Assembly (NCBI GenBank): GCA_030248215.1
Contig: JASANG010001276.1
Location: forward strand, 248,001-312,000
Length of the DNA stretch: 64,000 nucleotides
From: Enoplolaimus lenunculus
Lineage: Eukaryota
Direction: 5' to 3'
Below are positions 13,401 to 25,800 of this stretch, one piece after another. The stretch's first letter is position 1, and each line of letters begins with the position of its first letter. The notes beneath the pieces were generated by a model. That model saw nothing but the letters and a program-made list of their open reading frames with translations. It ran no database searches and had not been told where the DNA came from. Made by a program: the position numbers and the translations under genes.

Positions 13401-16400
13401 GTAACCGAATAACTGGGGGTACCCTCTGGAAAGGCCAAATAAATATCAATCCTCCCCTCATGTTCGGGTCAGTACAGTACTCTGCACAAATTTTTTTCAA
13501 AATCGTCACAATCGAGTTGCTCCGAGTATTTATACCATTTTTTCCAAGAGTCATTATCGACTCTTGGTATAAAACTTACCATTGGGTCTTTTACTTTTTC
13601 TTGATCAAACTTTAGTCGCCGTTCATTTGCCTTTCGAACTGCTTCTTCGATTTTAGTGGCGTCTTGCTGTAATTAAGTTAAACGAACGGTATGAAATATC
13701 GACAGCCAAATGCTAGAGAGTTTATGCGCTGGTCACAGTAATTTTTTTGGTAACTTCCACCGATTTGTACAGGTGTTTGCGGTTACCTCATGCTCAAGTT
13801 TTCAAATATACATTCGTTTAGCCCCGTCCTCAAAATCTAGTTTCTCCGTTATGAACCCTCAACAACACCCGTACAAATAGGCGGCAGCCGCATGTCACTC
13901 AACAATTATTGTGAACGGTGCATGTACAACAATTCTTCAACTGAGCCATTCGAATTTCGCTACTTTACCATAACAAAAGAACCTACTTATGGTACTTAGG
14001 GCGATTTCTGAAACCGTTTGGTTTTAGTTGTCCAATGGCTGCTGTAAAAGCAGTAACCGATTACCAGCTTTGCTGAAAATTTTACGATGCAAATGTTTCA
14101 TCTGAAGATCACAGCGCGTTTGATAGCTAAATACTAAATAGTCCAAAAATGCAGGGCGCATACAACACGAATTTTAAAAATTTTACTAATTCGGTACAAT
14201 TTGTAAAAGTCTTAACACATCAAAACAGACGAACGCAAACCATAGTAATCTTAAAATGTTTGTAGCTTCTTGCTCGCTTCGTTCGCGGAAGATTTTTTAA
14301 TTTTTTCAATACTTCGACAGACCTCAGATTAACCCCCAGGTTGCTAAATGTCAAATAAATTTCTTTCGCTCGTATGCTAACGCGCTAACATTTTTGATTA
14401 AGCTAATCTTGTGGAACGCAAAAATTCAATTGCGTGGGGTGGCAACAACTGGGATTGGGATGCGCCGTGTGCCTTGTACCATTGGTTCAAGCATAAGAAT
14501 ATTGTATTAGCCTTCGCCTAAACATAAGCGGCGTTTAGCGACTTTAACGGAACTGTCCAAAAACCATTCTACGCTTAGCGGAAGTTTTGGTCATTTTTAG
14601 CATAAATCGTTGGTAGTTCAGCAACTACGGGCCCCTACAGCACTATTTAGAAGGCTCTCTTGTGCCCGGCAAAATTGATCCATCATGCAAATGATACAAT
14701 TTGGCACTTCGGCACAATTTAGGTTAAGCGCAGTAACAGAACTATCTTTCCAGATTGGAAATGGGCGTCGCAAAGCCTTGCCTGTTGACTATGGCATATA
14801 ATTACTTTAACGTTCAACATTTGTCAATTTTTGCTGAAATTGTGCGCTTGTGGAGCGTGTTCTCGCAGCTAAACTTGGGGCAAGAGCCTTCCAACTTCAA
14901 GTCTCCTTTCTGTAGGGGCACACATTCTGAAGCTTGGTCGGAACACCCAACCCTGCCTGCTCCGGCACTGCACCCTCGTTTTTCGCCCAGAGATGCTGTT
15001 TACGCCGCTGTGTTTTCGGCAATTGCCTTTAACTGAAGCAGTTGTGTACGATAATTGGCCGATTTTGTGTACATGAACAGAATACTTTCTTGATACATTC
15101 GAAATCAGGTGAAATGAAGAAAGTTACGCAAGATAAAACTAAGAATTGATAGTAAAACGCATCGGTTTGCATGGGAACAGTTTTACTCGAATAGCAAAAA
15201 TCCCCACAAAATAAAATTTCGGCGTATCCATATACGTATCTTGTAGTACCAAAATTCCGATATATAACGCCATTGTAGCGAAAAGTTTGCATGGCTGCGT
15301 AGCTCAGTGGTTGCAGACGCGGACCGGTAATCCGTACGTCTTGGGCTCGAGCCCCACCGCATTCGTAACCAAATTTTCGCGAAGGGCTTTATATGGTACT
15401 GCTTAACTATGAATTACCTCTCCAGTGAGTTTAAGACGAGATTTCTGCCACAACTGATACTGACTCATGCGCCGCTTTAGACGTTCTGCTGTCTCTGCTT
15501 TCGCCTAGAACAATAATAAAACATTGTCAAAAATTCTGAGCGGATTAGGTGGCGAGTCCGAGTTGTGGACTACGTACTCGCTTAAAAGTATAAACATGGT
15601 GGACTCGTTTCATTTGCAGACTTTCATAAACAAACAAAAAGAGATTCGCAGGATTAAATTCTTCTTTTTCTTACATGAATGCCGCGCCATGTTACTTTAA
15701 GGAGCGTCCAGGTTTCTGATGGGTCCATAAAAGAGTAGGTTTTGATTATTACATTATTTATGCTTAGACTTAGCCTTAGGAAAACATTTTTGCAACGCTT
15801 AGGCTTAGGATTAGGATTGCGAATACGATTAATCTACTGTTACGTCCCTTAAAGTAACATTGGCCCGAAAGACAATAACGTATCTACTTCTGTAAAGGAC
15901 AGCCGAATTATACGCAGATATTCAGGTCAACTTGCTAATACAGACGCAATTAAACTTCAACAGGGGTAACGAGCGAAGTCGTCAGATGGCTGACAGGCGG
16001 GGCCGAAAACTTTTCTCGCAAATCTTGCCTACAGGCATAAATTTTAATTCGCTATTTACATACAGACAGGTCCGTAACCAGCTCAACGCATCACGATGGT
16101 GCGCAAAAAATTTCAGATGGGGCATAAACCTTTTGCAAATGAGTTACAAATTTGGCGAAAATTTTGTCACAGGAGCTAAAAGACCCCGTAAGCTGGCTAC
16201 GAGCATTTACACCGAAATCCAAGCTTTCTTTACCATCATGCTTCGAAATTTACTGCGAACTTTGTCTTTAAGCGCGTCTTCAGTTGAACTTGTAGTTGCG
16301 CGACTTGACGGCCTTTCGTCATCGCCGCCTGTTGAAAATGCTGATGCGGATTGCGATCGTGCAAGCACTTCTGCGAAACATAAAGACGATGTTTACTTGC

Positions 16401-19053
16401 AAAGCAAGGCACGTAACGGATTGAAGGTCAATGACTCAGGAAGCTGCGGTCCCCAAAGGGCGAAACGAATTCATTCCGGTTCCGAAAGGACGCTGCCTTG
16501 CTGAGCTGTCGTTAAGCTGCCGTTTTGGTCGAGAATTTTTATTGTTTTAGTCGTTTATCGGTACCAGCTCACTCCAATCGATTAAGTTCCACCGTACACC
16601 GTTGTACAGAAAGTTAAATTATAATACAGTTTTGATTAATTTTAAATTTTTTAAATCAGTCCTGCGCCCGTTGAATTGTTCATTACGTATATAATTTTCA
16701 AATTACAAATAAATCCGTTGTAACTTAGACCAAATTACAATGAAGGTGTTTCTGATTGATGGACGCTAATCTAGCAAAATAATAAGGGACTAAATATGAT
16801 CACTACGGGCCCGTAGCCAAGGGGGGTCAGGGTGGCTCATCCCCCCCTTGCAAAAATTCAGCCCCTCCCCTAGAGAATTTCCGACTTTGCTTGTAAACTC
16901 ATCCAAAACCCTTGAATGCCCTTCCTGAAAATTTTTTAGCAACTCTAGCAAGGTGAGCTGACTATGGACCTGGATCAGTAATAGATCATGTTGTCCAACT
17001 GTTTATTTATAAATATACGCTTTGCAATCGTCAGCAAGTGTATTAAAATAAGCAATAAAGCAAATGTTACTTTTAGATTCGTAAACAGCATGCTAATCAG
17101 CTAAGCTTATTTTTAAATCCGAGCATAAACAGAAAATTATGTTAAACACAAGCTTACTCAATTGCAGTCCCACCATAAAATGGACACCTTAATCGGAACG
17201 CTCCCATTAGCCTATCCAGGTGGGGGGGGGGGGGGCAGGAAGGAGGGCGTACGCTCCACGTCAGAATATTTTCGTGGTAAAATGGTAAGGTCCCTAATTA
17301 ACAATTTTTCCTCAGAAATTTTTTTTGTAAAAAAATGCAATTTTCACCGTCAGAAAATTTCTGTGATAAAACCTTACAATTTGTCTCCTAAAAATTTTTT
17401 TGACAATAAAATGATCAGATCCCTCTACCTTACAATTTTTGGGTTTCATAACATTCGTCAGCCTGCGTCCCGTCAGAATTTATTGCATCCGCCTCTGAAC
17501 GCGCCTAAAAGTAAACACGGGTCCATAATAAACACAAACATCACTGCTACCTTCTTTAAATTGCGTCGTTTCGCTTGGTGTAACGCAGTAACCTTCTGGT
17601 GATGTAACAGCATCTCCATCGCGATCATTTCCGGCAGCTGAAACGCTTCTTTGATTTGCGTTCGCTTCTGGTGAAAAGAATGAACTTTCACGACGGAATT
17701 TTTTCAGTCGGGGCAGCGGAGGCCGATCTTTCGTGACTGACTGCCCAGTTGATGGCTACAAAGATTGCTCAACAACAAATAACAACTGTGGGCAAAAATT
17801 ACTAAAGTTTTTAATTGCAACAGCATACTGTAGTGATCCGAATAGGAATCAAAATATCATAAATGTTCGGGGTATTATTTTGAATCCGAATCAATAGGAG
17901 CCTATCCTTTAATTGGTGTCAGTAACTAGATTGTGTTCAAAGTTTACTGATTAGACACTGAACATCAGTAGCCCTAATGAGTTCGCGTAAATGCTTTCTG
18001 GACCTTAAGTCAAGTATAGAATTTGATTTTACCTATTTTCGTAGCAGCATACTCAAATTTTAAAATTATATTCCAAAAGCGAGCAATGAAGTTTGAACCG
18101 TACAAAATGGCAGGCATAAGTTAAAGGCGTGTGGTTCAATAAGATTGAAGATCAGAATATCGAGAGTGCACCCTCTGGAGAGGCGAAATAGATATCCACT
18201 GACAGATTTCAAAGTAATCCGATCACATGAAAAAGGGCCAATATAAAGAACAGGGGCGGAACAGTATTATAAACAATATTCCTAAGCCTAAGCCCAAGCC
18301 TGAGTCTAAGCCTAAGCGTATGAATGAGCATTTTCCTGAACCTATAAGCCTAAGCCTAAACCTAAACTAAGCCTAAACCAAGCGAAAAAATTATTCTAAC
18401 TCTGAATACTCTGTTGCAGTCCCTCAAAAAACGTTCCGCCCCTTATCTTTACATGGGCCTAAAAAGTAACCATGATAACAGTCTGTAACTGTTTACACAG
18501 TAATTGTGTTTGAATAAGACTTGAATATAAGTTTAAATATTTTATAAAACGGTATAAACTGCCGTTACGGCTGGATATAACTAGGATCAGTAATCGACAA
18601 TTGTGCCAAAATTGTATATTTCTGACAAAAATTTTGGACTTATTCGGAAATGATACACCGCTGAATGGTTTATTGCTTCAAAATACAAAATTCCTAAAGC
18701 CCTATTTACACGTGCAAGTTTTGCAGCAAAAACTTGCATGTGCAACTTGCGTGTGCAAGTTGCGTGTGCAAGTTTGGTTTTGGTCACAAAGCAGCTTTGA
18801 AGTTCTTGCAGTTGCAAATTATTCACTGGAATGCATGCTGTTTTATTTAATTCACACCTGTGATTATTGGCCAATTTGAATGTTCCTTTGAAAATACCTT
18901 GCAGCTGCAAGTTTTTCGTGCAAGCTGCAGGTGCGAGTTCTCGCTGCAAAAACATGCACGTGTGTATGGGGCTTTAGAGTTTGTTGAAAATATGATGGTA
19001 GCACAGTTTACCTCCATTGAGCTCAACGGAATTTCATCTATATCATCATCCAT
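1463..19053 (-). CDS. CC2D2A: Coiled-coil and C2 domain-containing protein 2A (MKS6, ciliary transition zone), 5' part; gene continues beyond the left edge
   Basis: Phase-compatible GT-AG exons: 19053-19012, 17755-17551, 16370-16234, 15504-15418, 13666-13580, 12064-11930, 10375-10327, 9406-9257, 8650-8511, 7972-7835, 7241-7047, 6416-6331, 4988-4848, 3454-3304, 2150-2103, 2043-1833, 1529-1463. Translation includes PRRLAEEGLYVG..MEHRIL, KWFGDDGKII, YQLDLDISKMLFVHHPLFSKEHVLA and RRNPGQPIL..VTPIDRCP, which I recognise as CC2D2A N-terminal motifs in the correct order. The first 5 exons rest on phase and ORF continuity only. Confidence 0.9.
2817..3030 (+). mobile_element. TTAGGC-containing MITE, subfamily A (Merlin-like: GG termini, 8-bp TSD)
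   Basis: Ends GGCTCATGTAAAGA...TCTTTACATTGGCC with exact TSD GAAGATTT on both sides; internal degenerate (TTAGGC)n. Other A copies approx. 5061-5264, 6503-6651 (TSD ATAACTAT), 6735-6927, 18236-18459, 19200-19386, 20707-20862, 21528-21728, 29749-29953, 31390-31572, 32995-33161, 39760-39951. Confidence 0.9.
3547..3846. mobile_element. PIF/Harbinger (Tourist)-like MITE with TTGCA(C/G) internal repeats
   Basis: TIR AGCCCTATTTACACGTGCAA / TTGCACATGTGAATGGGGCT, 3-bp TSD TAA. Related copies approx. 2189-2455, 18698-18973, 28460-28708, 30057-30325, 30795-31086, 38300-38446. Confidence 0.85.
4036..4296 (-). mobile_element. TTAA-type (piggyBac-like) MITE carrying a tRNA-like cassette
   Basis: Near-identical reverse complement of 29210-29472; termini slightly decayed. 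Confidence 0.85.
4408..4844. mobile_element. Tc1/mariner-pogo-like MITE (~430 bp, TA TSD)
   Basis: TA|CTGTAGTGATCC...CGGGTCACTACAG|TA. Further copies 13044-13477, 26523-26964, 32339-32746, 34059-34484, 49363-49806; partial copies near 17829 and 37995-38300. Confidence 0.9.
5281..5406 (-). mobile_element. tRNA-derived SINE-like repeat, copy 1 (5' decayed)
   Basis: Reverse complement GTGGTCCAGCGGACCTGTAATCCGTACGTCGTGGGTTCCAGCGCCACCGCAT plus a 3' body shared with 15293-15415. Confidence 0.6.
7553..7713 (+). mobile_element. TTAGGC-containing MITE, subfamily B
   Basis: GGCCCATGTATAGAACAGG...CCTTGTTCTATACATGGGCC, exact TSD CATTTTTG. Other B copies approx. 19803-20005, 21275-21422, 21887-22096 (TSD CTGATCTC/CTGATCGC), 24733-24955 (GCTAATTT/GCTAACTT), 46833-47020. 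Confidence 0.9.
8668..8879. mobile_element. CACTG-terminal (CMC/EnSpm-like) fold-back MITE, 2-bp TSD
   Basis: TA|CACTGCAAAAAATGGTG...CACCATTTTTTTGCAGTA|TA with internal GAGTC/GACTC repeats. Copies approx. 19419-19560, 24193-24391, 24997-25196, 36890-37051, 37203-37368, 41447-41655; a related subfamily at 27638-27861. Confidence 0.8.
10705..10927 (-). mobile_element. TTAGGC-containing MITE, subfamily C
   Basis: GGCCAATGTTACTTTAAG...TTTAAAGTAAAATGGTCC, exact TSD GCTTATTT. Other C copies 11601-11881 (internal 36-bp tandem units), ~15683-15865, 35240-35465 (exact TSD AATATGAT), ~38765-38944, 40285-40480 (exact TSD AAAAGTTT). Confidence 0.9.
15293..15415 (+). mobile_element. tRNA-derived SINE-like repeat, copy 2
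   Basis: A-box TAGCTCAGTGG, degenerate B-box GGGCTCGAGCCC, GTAATCC loop region (tRNA-Tyr-like); tail homologous to the 5281-5406 copy. No clean acceptor stem, so not called a tRNA gene. Confidence 0.6.
16806..16972. mobile_element. Short TIR element family with (C)GGGCCCGTAGCCA...TGGCTACGGGCC(TG) ends
   Basis: Inverted ends seen here and approx. at 9865-10027, 12235-12405, 16065-16205, 22558-22722, 48031-48192, 48230-48357; superfamily not determined. Confidence 0.65.
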
Positions 19054-22000
19054 TGATCTTGTTGGTATACACTACGCAGCAGATGACTATACTGTTGTTG
19101 CTAGGGTACTACTGATAAAGACGGATACTAGTTGCTTAGTAACGTTATGATGCTAAATCTTGAACCATTCCTGTTATCCTGCATACGATAAGGTCAACAA
19201 TAGTATGAGCATATTTTTAACAGTACGAGTAAGTTATGTATAAGCTTATTCCTCCTAAGCCAAAGCGTAAGCCTAAGCCTAAGCGTAAGCCTAAGCCTAA
19301 GCCAAGCAAACAAATTAGTCTAAAGCTTAAGCTTATTCTATTCTAGTCCCACAGAAATATGTTCCGCCCTGATCTTTGCATGGGCCGTTATGCTAAAAGT
19401 ATCGTTTAGCGTTTTCTTACACTGCAAAAAATGGTGAGTCAAATTGAGTCTCTCCGAAATAGGGATGTCCTGACTACACAAACTGAGCCAAAATTCGACT
19501 CCGCCAGAATCAAATTGAGTGAAATTTTACTCGGGCGGTGTCGAATTTTGACTCAGTTTGTCACAAAATACTAATTAACGTTCGCGTCGCAGTTTGATTT
19601 CAAGTTCATTTGGCTTGTGAAAGTTGTACGAATTTTTTCAGTATTTGCTGTTTTTGGTTTTACAATCTGACATTTCCAGTGCATCGCAGTTGCTGTTGTT
19701 TTGCCCATCATCTGATGAAATACGGACCCTTTATACATCGTTACCATGAAACTCGTGTGATTTCAACCATACTGTAAGGAAAACTGCGACTGTAAACATT
19801 GCGGCCCAGGTATGAAACAAGGCCGGATCGTTTACCGTAGTGGCTGTAGTAGAGTCAGTTTATGCTTTAGACTAAATTTTTTACTTAGGTTTACGATTAG
19901 GTTTAGCCTTTGGCTTAGGAATAGGCTCATCCTTACGTTTAGGCTTAGGCTTAGGCTTAAGAATATGCTTATACTACTTTTCCGGCCCTGTTCTATACAT
20001 GGGCCAGCATTGTAAGGTCAACTGGTTGCAACATTTTGGAACACTAAAATGTTTTTAAAGTTAAGTTGACAGTAAATGTTCATGATCCTGTATACAGACT
20101 TTTAGATCAAATTTCGAGGAAAGCGACCGTTTATAGGAATTTTAGTGGTATCGATTTTTGTTAAGTTTAGTATGCCTATGCTAATCTGCCTCTAAATGTT
20201 CAAGGTTGAAGCGCAGAAAGTTATATTTCCTAGTTTATTTTGCATTTATTAAGGGTTGCGCTGTACTTTTTTGACGTGCGGCGCCGTCCGTCACCCGTAC
20301 GGCGCCGGCCGTCACCGTGCGGCGCCGTCCGTCACCGTGCGGCGCCGTCCGTCGCCGTGCGGCGCCGTCCGTCACCGTGCGGCGCCGTCCGTCACCGTGC
20401 GATGTTGTTTCGATGATGCTCATTAATTAAATATGATCACAACCTGAAAATCTTTTGTTTTATGGAAAAAAATAGCGTTTAAACAAACGTTGAAAAAGTT
20501 GCCGCTGTAAAACAAAGAAGTATCGTTCAAAAAGACTCAATACAAACAGGCGGTACAGATGCAATATAAGGCTCGCTCGTTCCGCAGCAGTGAATAATAA
20601 TAATAATAATGATAATAATAAAGCTTTTAACATGATTTTTTTAAATCCTTCAAATGTGGCGAACAAATTTTGACAACTTTGTATTGTAATATATAGCAGC
20701 ATTTTTGGCCCATGTAAAGATGCCCATGTAACAATCAGGGGCGCAACGTATTTCTATGCGGCTGGAAAAGAGTAAGCTTAAGCGTTAGACTGTTTTTTTT
20801 GCTCGGCTTAGGCTTAGAAATATGCTCATTCTTACGCTTAGGCGTAGGCTTAGGCTTAGGCTGCTTAAAGCGGCATTTTTAAAGAGTTGACGAATACGGA
20901 TTTGTCTTGTAAGTAAATATTTTGGTTTTTCAGAATAATGGATAATATGTTTGTTCTATGTCTAGCAGCTTACAGCTGTAATTTTACTTGTAGAGTAATT
21001 TGGAGCGCTTAGGTCTATTTATCGATATACAACACCAACTTGTAGCTTTGCATATATAAATCTTGTGTGCATTTTGCGTTCTTGTTCAATTCTCAAACAT
21101 TTGGTTATTTATGCAGTATCAGATTTCGTTGAGGTTCTTGGCAAAACCATTATTAATCAGCGTGTTTGCCGATTACTTTATATGTATCCAGCTGCATAAA
21201 ATGTTAAATATACAATGAATCCACTAAGGTTTACGAGTATCTGGTTTACTAAGGGCTAAAAAGCTTAAAAAATTGGACAATCTATAGAACAAGGCCGGAA
21301 CAGTAGTATAAAGTATTATTCCTAAGCCTAAAAGCCTAAGCCTAAGCAAAAAGTCTAAAGCTTAAGCTTACTTTATTGCAGTCCCGCCGGAAAACGTTCC
21401 AGTCCTGTTCTATAAATGGGGCAGAAAATTGCAGAAACGTTGTCGGAGTTCCAAACATATGACAAAACCTGAGATGTTGATTATCTTAAAATCTAACTGT
21501 GACTGTCGAAACTGTTTCTCAACTATTGACCCATGTAAAGATCAGGGGCGGAACGTTTTTCTATGCGACTAGAAAACATTAAGCTGAAACTTTAGACTAA
21601 TTTTTTTGCTCTGCTTTGGCTTAGGCTTAGAAATATGCTCATTCTTACGCGTATGCTTAGCCTTAGGCTTGCGCTTAGGCTTAAGAATATGTGATAATAC
21701 TGTACCACCCCTGTTCTTTACATGGGACAAACTATTAAACAGCTAAGATACGAATAGCATCGTAATACTTCGAGGGATAAAGCTTCCAACTGATGGGAGG
21801 GCTTACAATATATGCATTGAAAGAACACACTTTTAGCGATTATTATTACTGCATACATGCGTAAGATGCAATTTACATCTGATCTCGGCCCATGTATAGA
21901 ACAGGGCCGGAACAGTAGTATAAGCATATTCCTAAGCCTAAGCCTAAGACTATGCCTAAGCATAAGCATATGGATGAGCCTATTCCTAAGCCTAAGCCTA

Positions 22001-22866
22001 AGCCTAAGGCTAAGCAAAAAAAAATTGTCTAAAGCTTAAACTGACTCTATTATAGCCCCTGCGGAAAACGATCCGGCCCTGTTCTATACATGGGCCCTGA
22101 TCGCGAACACCGAATTGCATAACACTGATATTTCATGCCAGCAACAGTCCCGAACAAAATTACCTTAACACCACCAAAGATGTAAATTTTAGTGGAGACA
22201 GTAACCCTACCATTTTTCATAAAATAATTTTTGTGACCATTTATAAAACTACTCAAAGCTTACAATTTTGAGTTTAGAGCCTAAAGCACAAATTTAAACC
22301 GGAATGCTTAGCGAAACGCTTTACGTATAAAATATGAGCTGTCAAAAAAATTTCGCGATGCGCGGGAAATGTAATTTATTTCAAAGATGGGGTCAGTTTC
22401 TAGATTCACCATTTTGCATCTTTTATGTTAAATTGTTTTTTGGAAAGGTGTCTTCACTGCTATCAAACAAGAGCGTGAGCTTGGGCAACCTCTTATCAAG
22501 CACTGAGAAATTTTAGATCCACGTCTTCGTTGGGGGCCCCACCGTAATGTTTGGAGGTCAGGCCCGTAGACAGCTCATCTAGCATGGAGGGAGGCAAACA
22601 ATGTTTCACGACGGGAATACAAGTCAATGACTTACAAGCAGGTTGAAACTTTTCTAACGGGAGGGGGCAAAATTTTTGCAGCTGGGGCTGAGCCCCCTTG
22701 ACCCCCATGGCTACGTCCCCAAGCCTGTGTACTCCGGCACTGAAATTAGTGAACGGTGCTGTACGAAATTTGTGCGTTTTTTGCGTTTCATCTACCATAC
22801 CGGCTTGATTGTAAGCATTTCCAGAGTTTCTAATGCATTGGATTCACAAAAACAACACCAATCAAT

Positions 22867-25800
22867 ATGAATCAAAATTGGAGTCGAGCGATTCGGATTG
22901 CAATTGCTGCAGTATGCATTGGTCTATTTCTGTGGCAAAGTATTACCGTCACACTGTTGTATATTTCTCAACCCACAACAACGACATTTATGACCGTTCA
23001 TGTCAACATATCAGAGCTGTTGTCGCTTCTGGTTTGTTGCGAAGCGTCTAAATGTCTCGGAACAGCGCCAAATCAATCGCCTGGACTCCAATACGCGCGT
23101 GGATACTGGGAACGTCAAATCCTTGAGTTACCCGAGTCCGGAGCTGCTCCTAAAATTGAAGATATGCGTAACGAAATGCGAGCAGTTGGTGCGAGCTCCA
23201 TCAACGAATTTCTCAACATTAAATCAAACTTTAGTGTTTATCATAAAGATTTGAGTCGCGGAAAATTTCCCGAACCTGAGTATATTAAACCGCCGAAATT
23301 AGTAGGCGGAAGCCTTTGTAGTAAACAAGATTTAGTCTGCTTGCATGCGGTCAACGTTGAAGCTGCAGCGAGTGACGTTAATGATACGTATAGTTCACGC
23401 TACTGGTCGGCTGATGGCAAAAAATTGATTCGAGGTGAAATTACAGAAGTTGTGTTTATGATTAAGGTAAAAAATTTTGCAGAGTGTATAATTTGACTTG
23501 TTTGTGCTAACATTAATAGTTTGTCAGCGGCCGGCTTTATTGAAATTGTAGCTAAGTATTTAATCAAGTTATACTTAAGTAATTAATCAATTCGCCGTTA
23601 TAAAACTGAACAGTTGACTTGTTTAGCAAAAACAAAGAACGAGCGACGTAACCAGTTGTCATAACAAGAAAGCCGTAGTTTTGGTTTATATTTTAGAAGC
23701 TATTAATCTGTAATTTCTATTAGCGTCAAGGATAATGCGTCTGAACTGTGAATCTAAAACCAACAGAATCTTTAAATAATTGCTTAGCATATACTTTTAC
23801 TACTAAATCGTACTTAAGTACGGCTTCAGAAATTTTCACAAAAATTAAATTTAGCACCGTAAACATTGACCACCTGTTTTTCACAAAAATGGTAAACAAG
23901 CAAATTATCATTTTGTTAAACCAGAAATGTTTGTTCAACGCCAAATAGCAGAGACCTTATGCTTGATCTCGCAAGCGTTGCTGGTTCCATTGTTTGGGGG
24001 TAAATAAAAATTGAGTGTATAAATTAACGCTTGCTTTCAAGGGTTAAACTGCGCAGTTACCTACACAAACTAGTACAAATTTTGAACTACCGCTAATAAT
24101 TCGGCTCTGTCGAATTTCTTCGAATATATAAAACTATTCGTTTTTGGCCAGTAATTAATAAATAGCGTCGTTATTAATCACGTTCTTTTCAACACTGCAA
24201 AAAAATGGTGAGCAAAATTGACTCTTTCCGAAATAGGCTCTACGGGACTACACAAAGTGAGTCAAGTTCGACTCCGCCAAGGTCAAATTCGACTGACTCA
24301 CTGAGTCACACGTTTGAATTTGACTATATTTGTGTAGTCCCGTAAAGCCTATTTCGGAGCGATTCAATTTGGCTCACCATTTTTTGCAATGAATGCGTTT
24401 CAGGTTCCAGCGACCAAAGTTTTCTATATCACACTGCATTCAGGCGACTTATGGTATTATTTTCCAAAGCCTTACTTTTCACGGGTAATTCAAGAAGATT
24501 ATATTAATTCGTCAATTTCGACGTATCATCGGGCTGACATTCGTCGAGTTATTAATATCGATCGACGAACACGACCGTGTGTTCCGGTTGACAGGCGGCA
24601 CAAATATCCGGCCGGATTTGCAAAATATTCGTGCGAGTTGGATTGTGATGACGTGGTTCACCGACAAATGTACGGGTGTTCAGTGACAAGTATATTAAAC
24701 GATGAAGGTAAACCGGATGCCATTGCTAATTTGGCCCATGTGTAGAACAGGACCGGATCGTTTTCCGGCGGGACTGTAATAATGTAAGCTTAAGTTTTAG
24801 ACGAATTTTTTTGCTTAGGCTTAGGTTTAGGCTTAGGCTTAGGCTATAGGCTTAGGTGTAGACTCATTCTTAACGCTTAGTCTTAGGCTTAGGCTTAGGC
24901 TAAAGCTTAGAAACATGCTTATACTACTGTTCCGGCCCTGTTCTATACGTTGGCCGCTAACTTTAAGTTTGTTTCGGGATACTGAGTAGTACTGTACACT
25001 GCAAGCAATAGTGAGTCAAGTTGACTCTCTCCGAAATAGGCTTTTCCTGACTACACAAACTGAGCCAAAATTCGACTCCGCCAGAGTCAAATTGAGTCGA
25101 ACTTGACTTTGGCGGAGGCAAATTTTGACTCAGTTTGAGTAGTCAGGAAAAGCCTATTTCGGAGAGAGTCAATTTGACTCACCATTTTTTGGTGTGTACG
25201 TGTTTACTTATCCGGTGGAAGGCTTTCGCCCACATATACATAATGAGTTAATCGGGGTGTGATCGAATATCCATTTGAGTTGCCTGTATGCAACTCAGCG
25301 CAGTGTATATACCTTAAATTGTATATATCGCACCGAGTTTAACAATTGCAACACGTATACATAGTACTAAATCACCACAAGACGTGAGAGCCCTCTCGGA
25401 CTTGAGCGTCCAGCTTCTATAGCTGAGTGGTGATGGTATACGCCTCCCACTGTGAGAAAGGGTTAAACATGATTGCAACATTCATCCAAAATTTTAAAAT
25501 AAAATTTTTCGGTGCATGTTATAAATTTCCAATGAAAATCTTAGAACGTCCGTTCCGTTTATGCTTTGCCTTTGATATCAAAATAGATTTTGGGTTGTCC
25601 TATACTTTTGTTACAGGACGGCACCGTCTGTCGTCGTCCGGCGCTGTCCGTCACCGTCCGTCGCGATACCGTATCATACGTGTGTAATATGCGTACGATA
25701 ACGCTTGGTGACGGACGGCGCCGAACGGATGGATAACACACGGTGACAGACGGCACTGAAAATAAAGTATAACGCAACCCTTTGCCTTCATGCTTAAGAA

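Noticed and set aside
15932..16504. 190-aa plus-strand ORF
   Set aside because: Antisense to a CC2D2A exon plus a MITE; no recognisable domain.
21718..22039. LRLRLR / LSLSLS ORFs here and at many other sites
   Set aside because: Translations of (TTAGGC)n tracts inside MITEs.
24820..24905. TTAGGC tracts as true telomeres or chromosome-fusion scars
   Set aside because: Tracts are short, degenerate and enclosed by TIRs with 8-bp TSDs.
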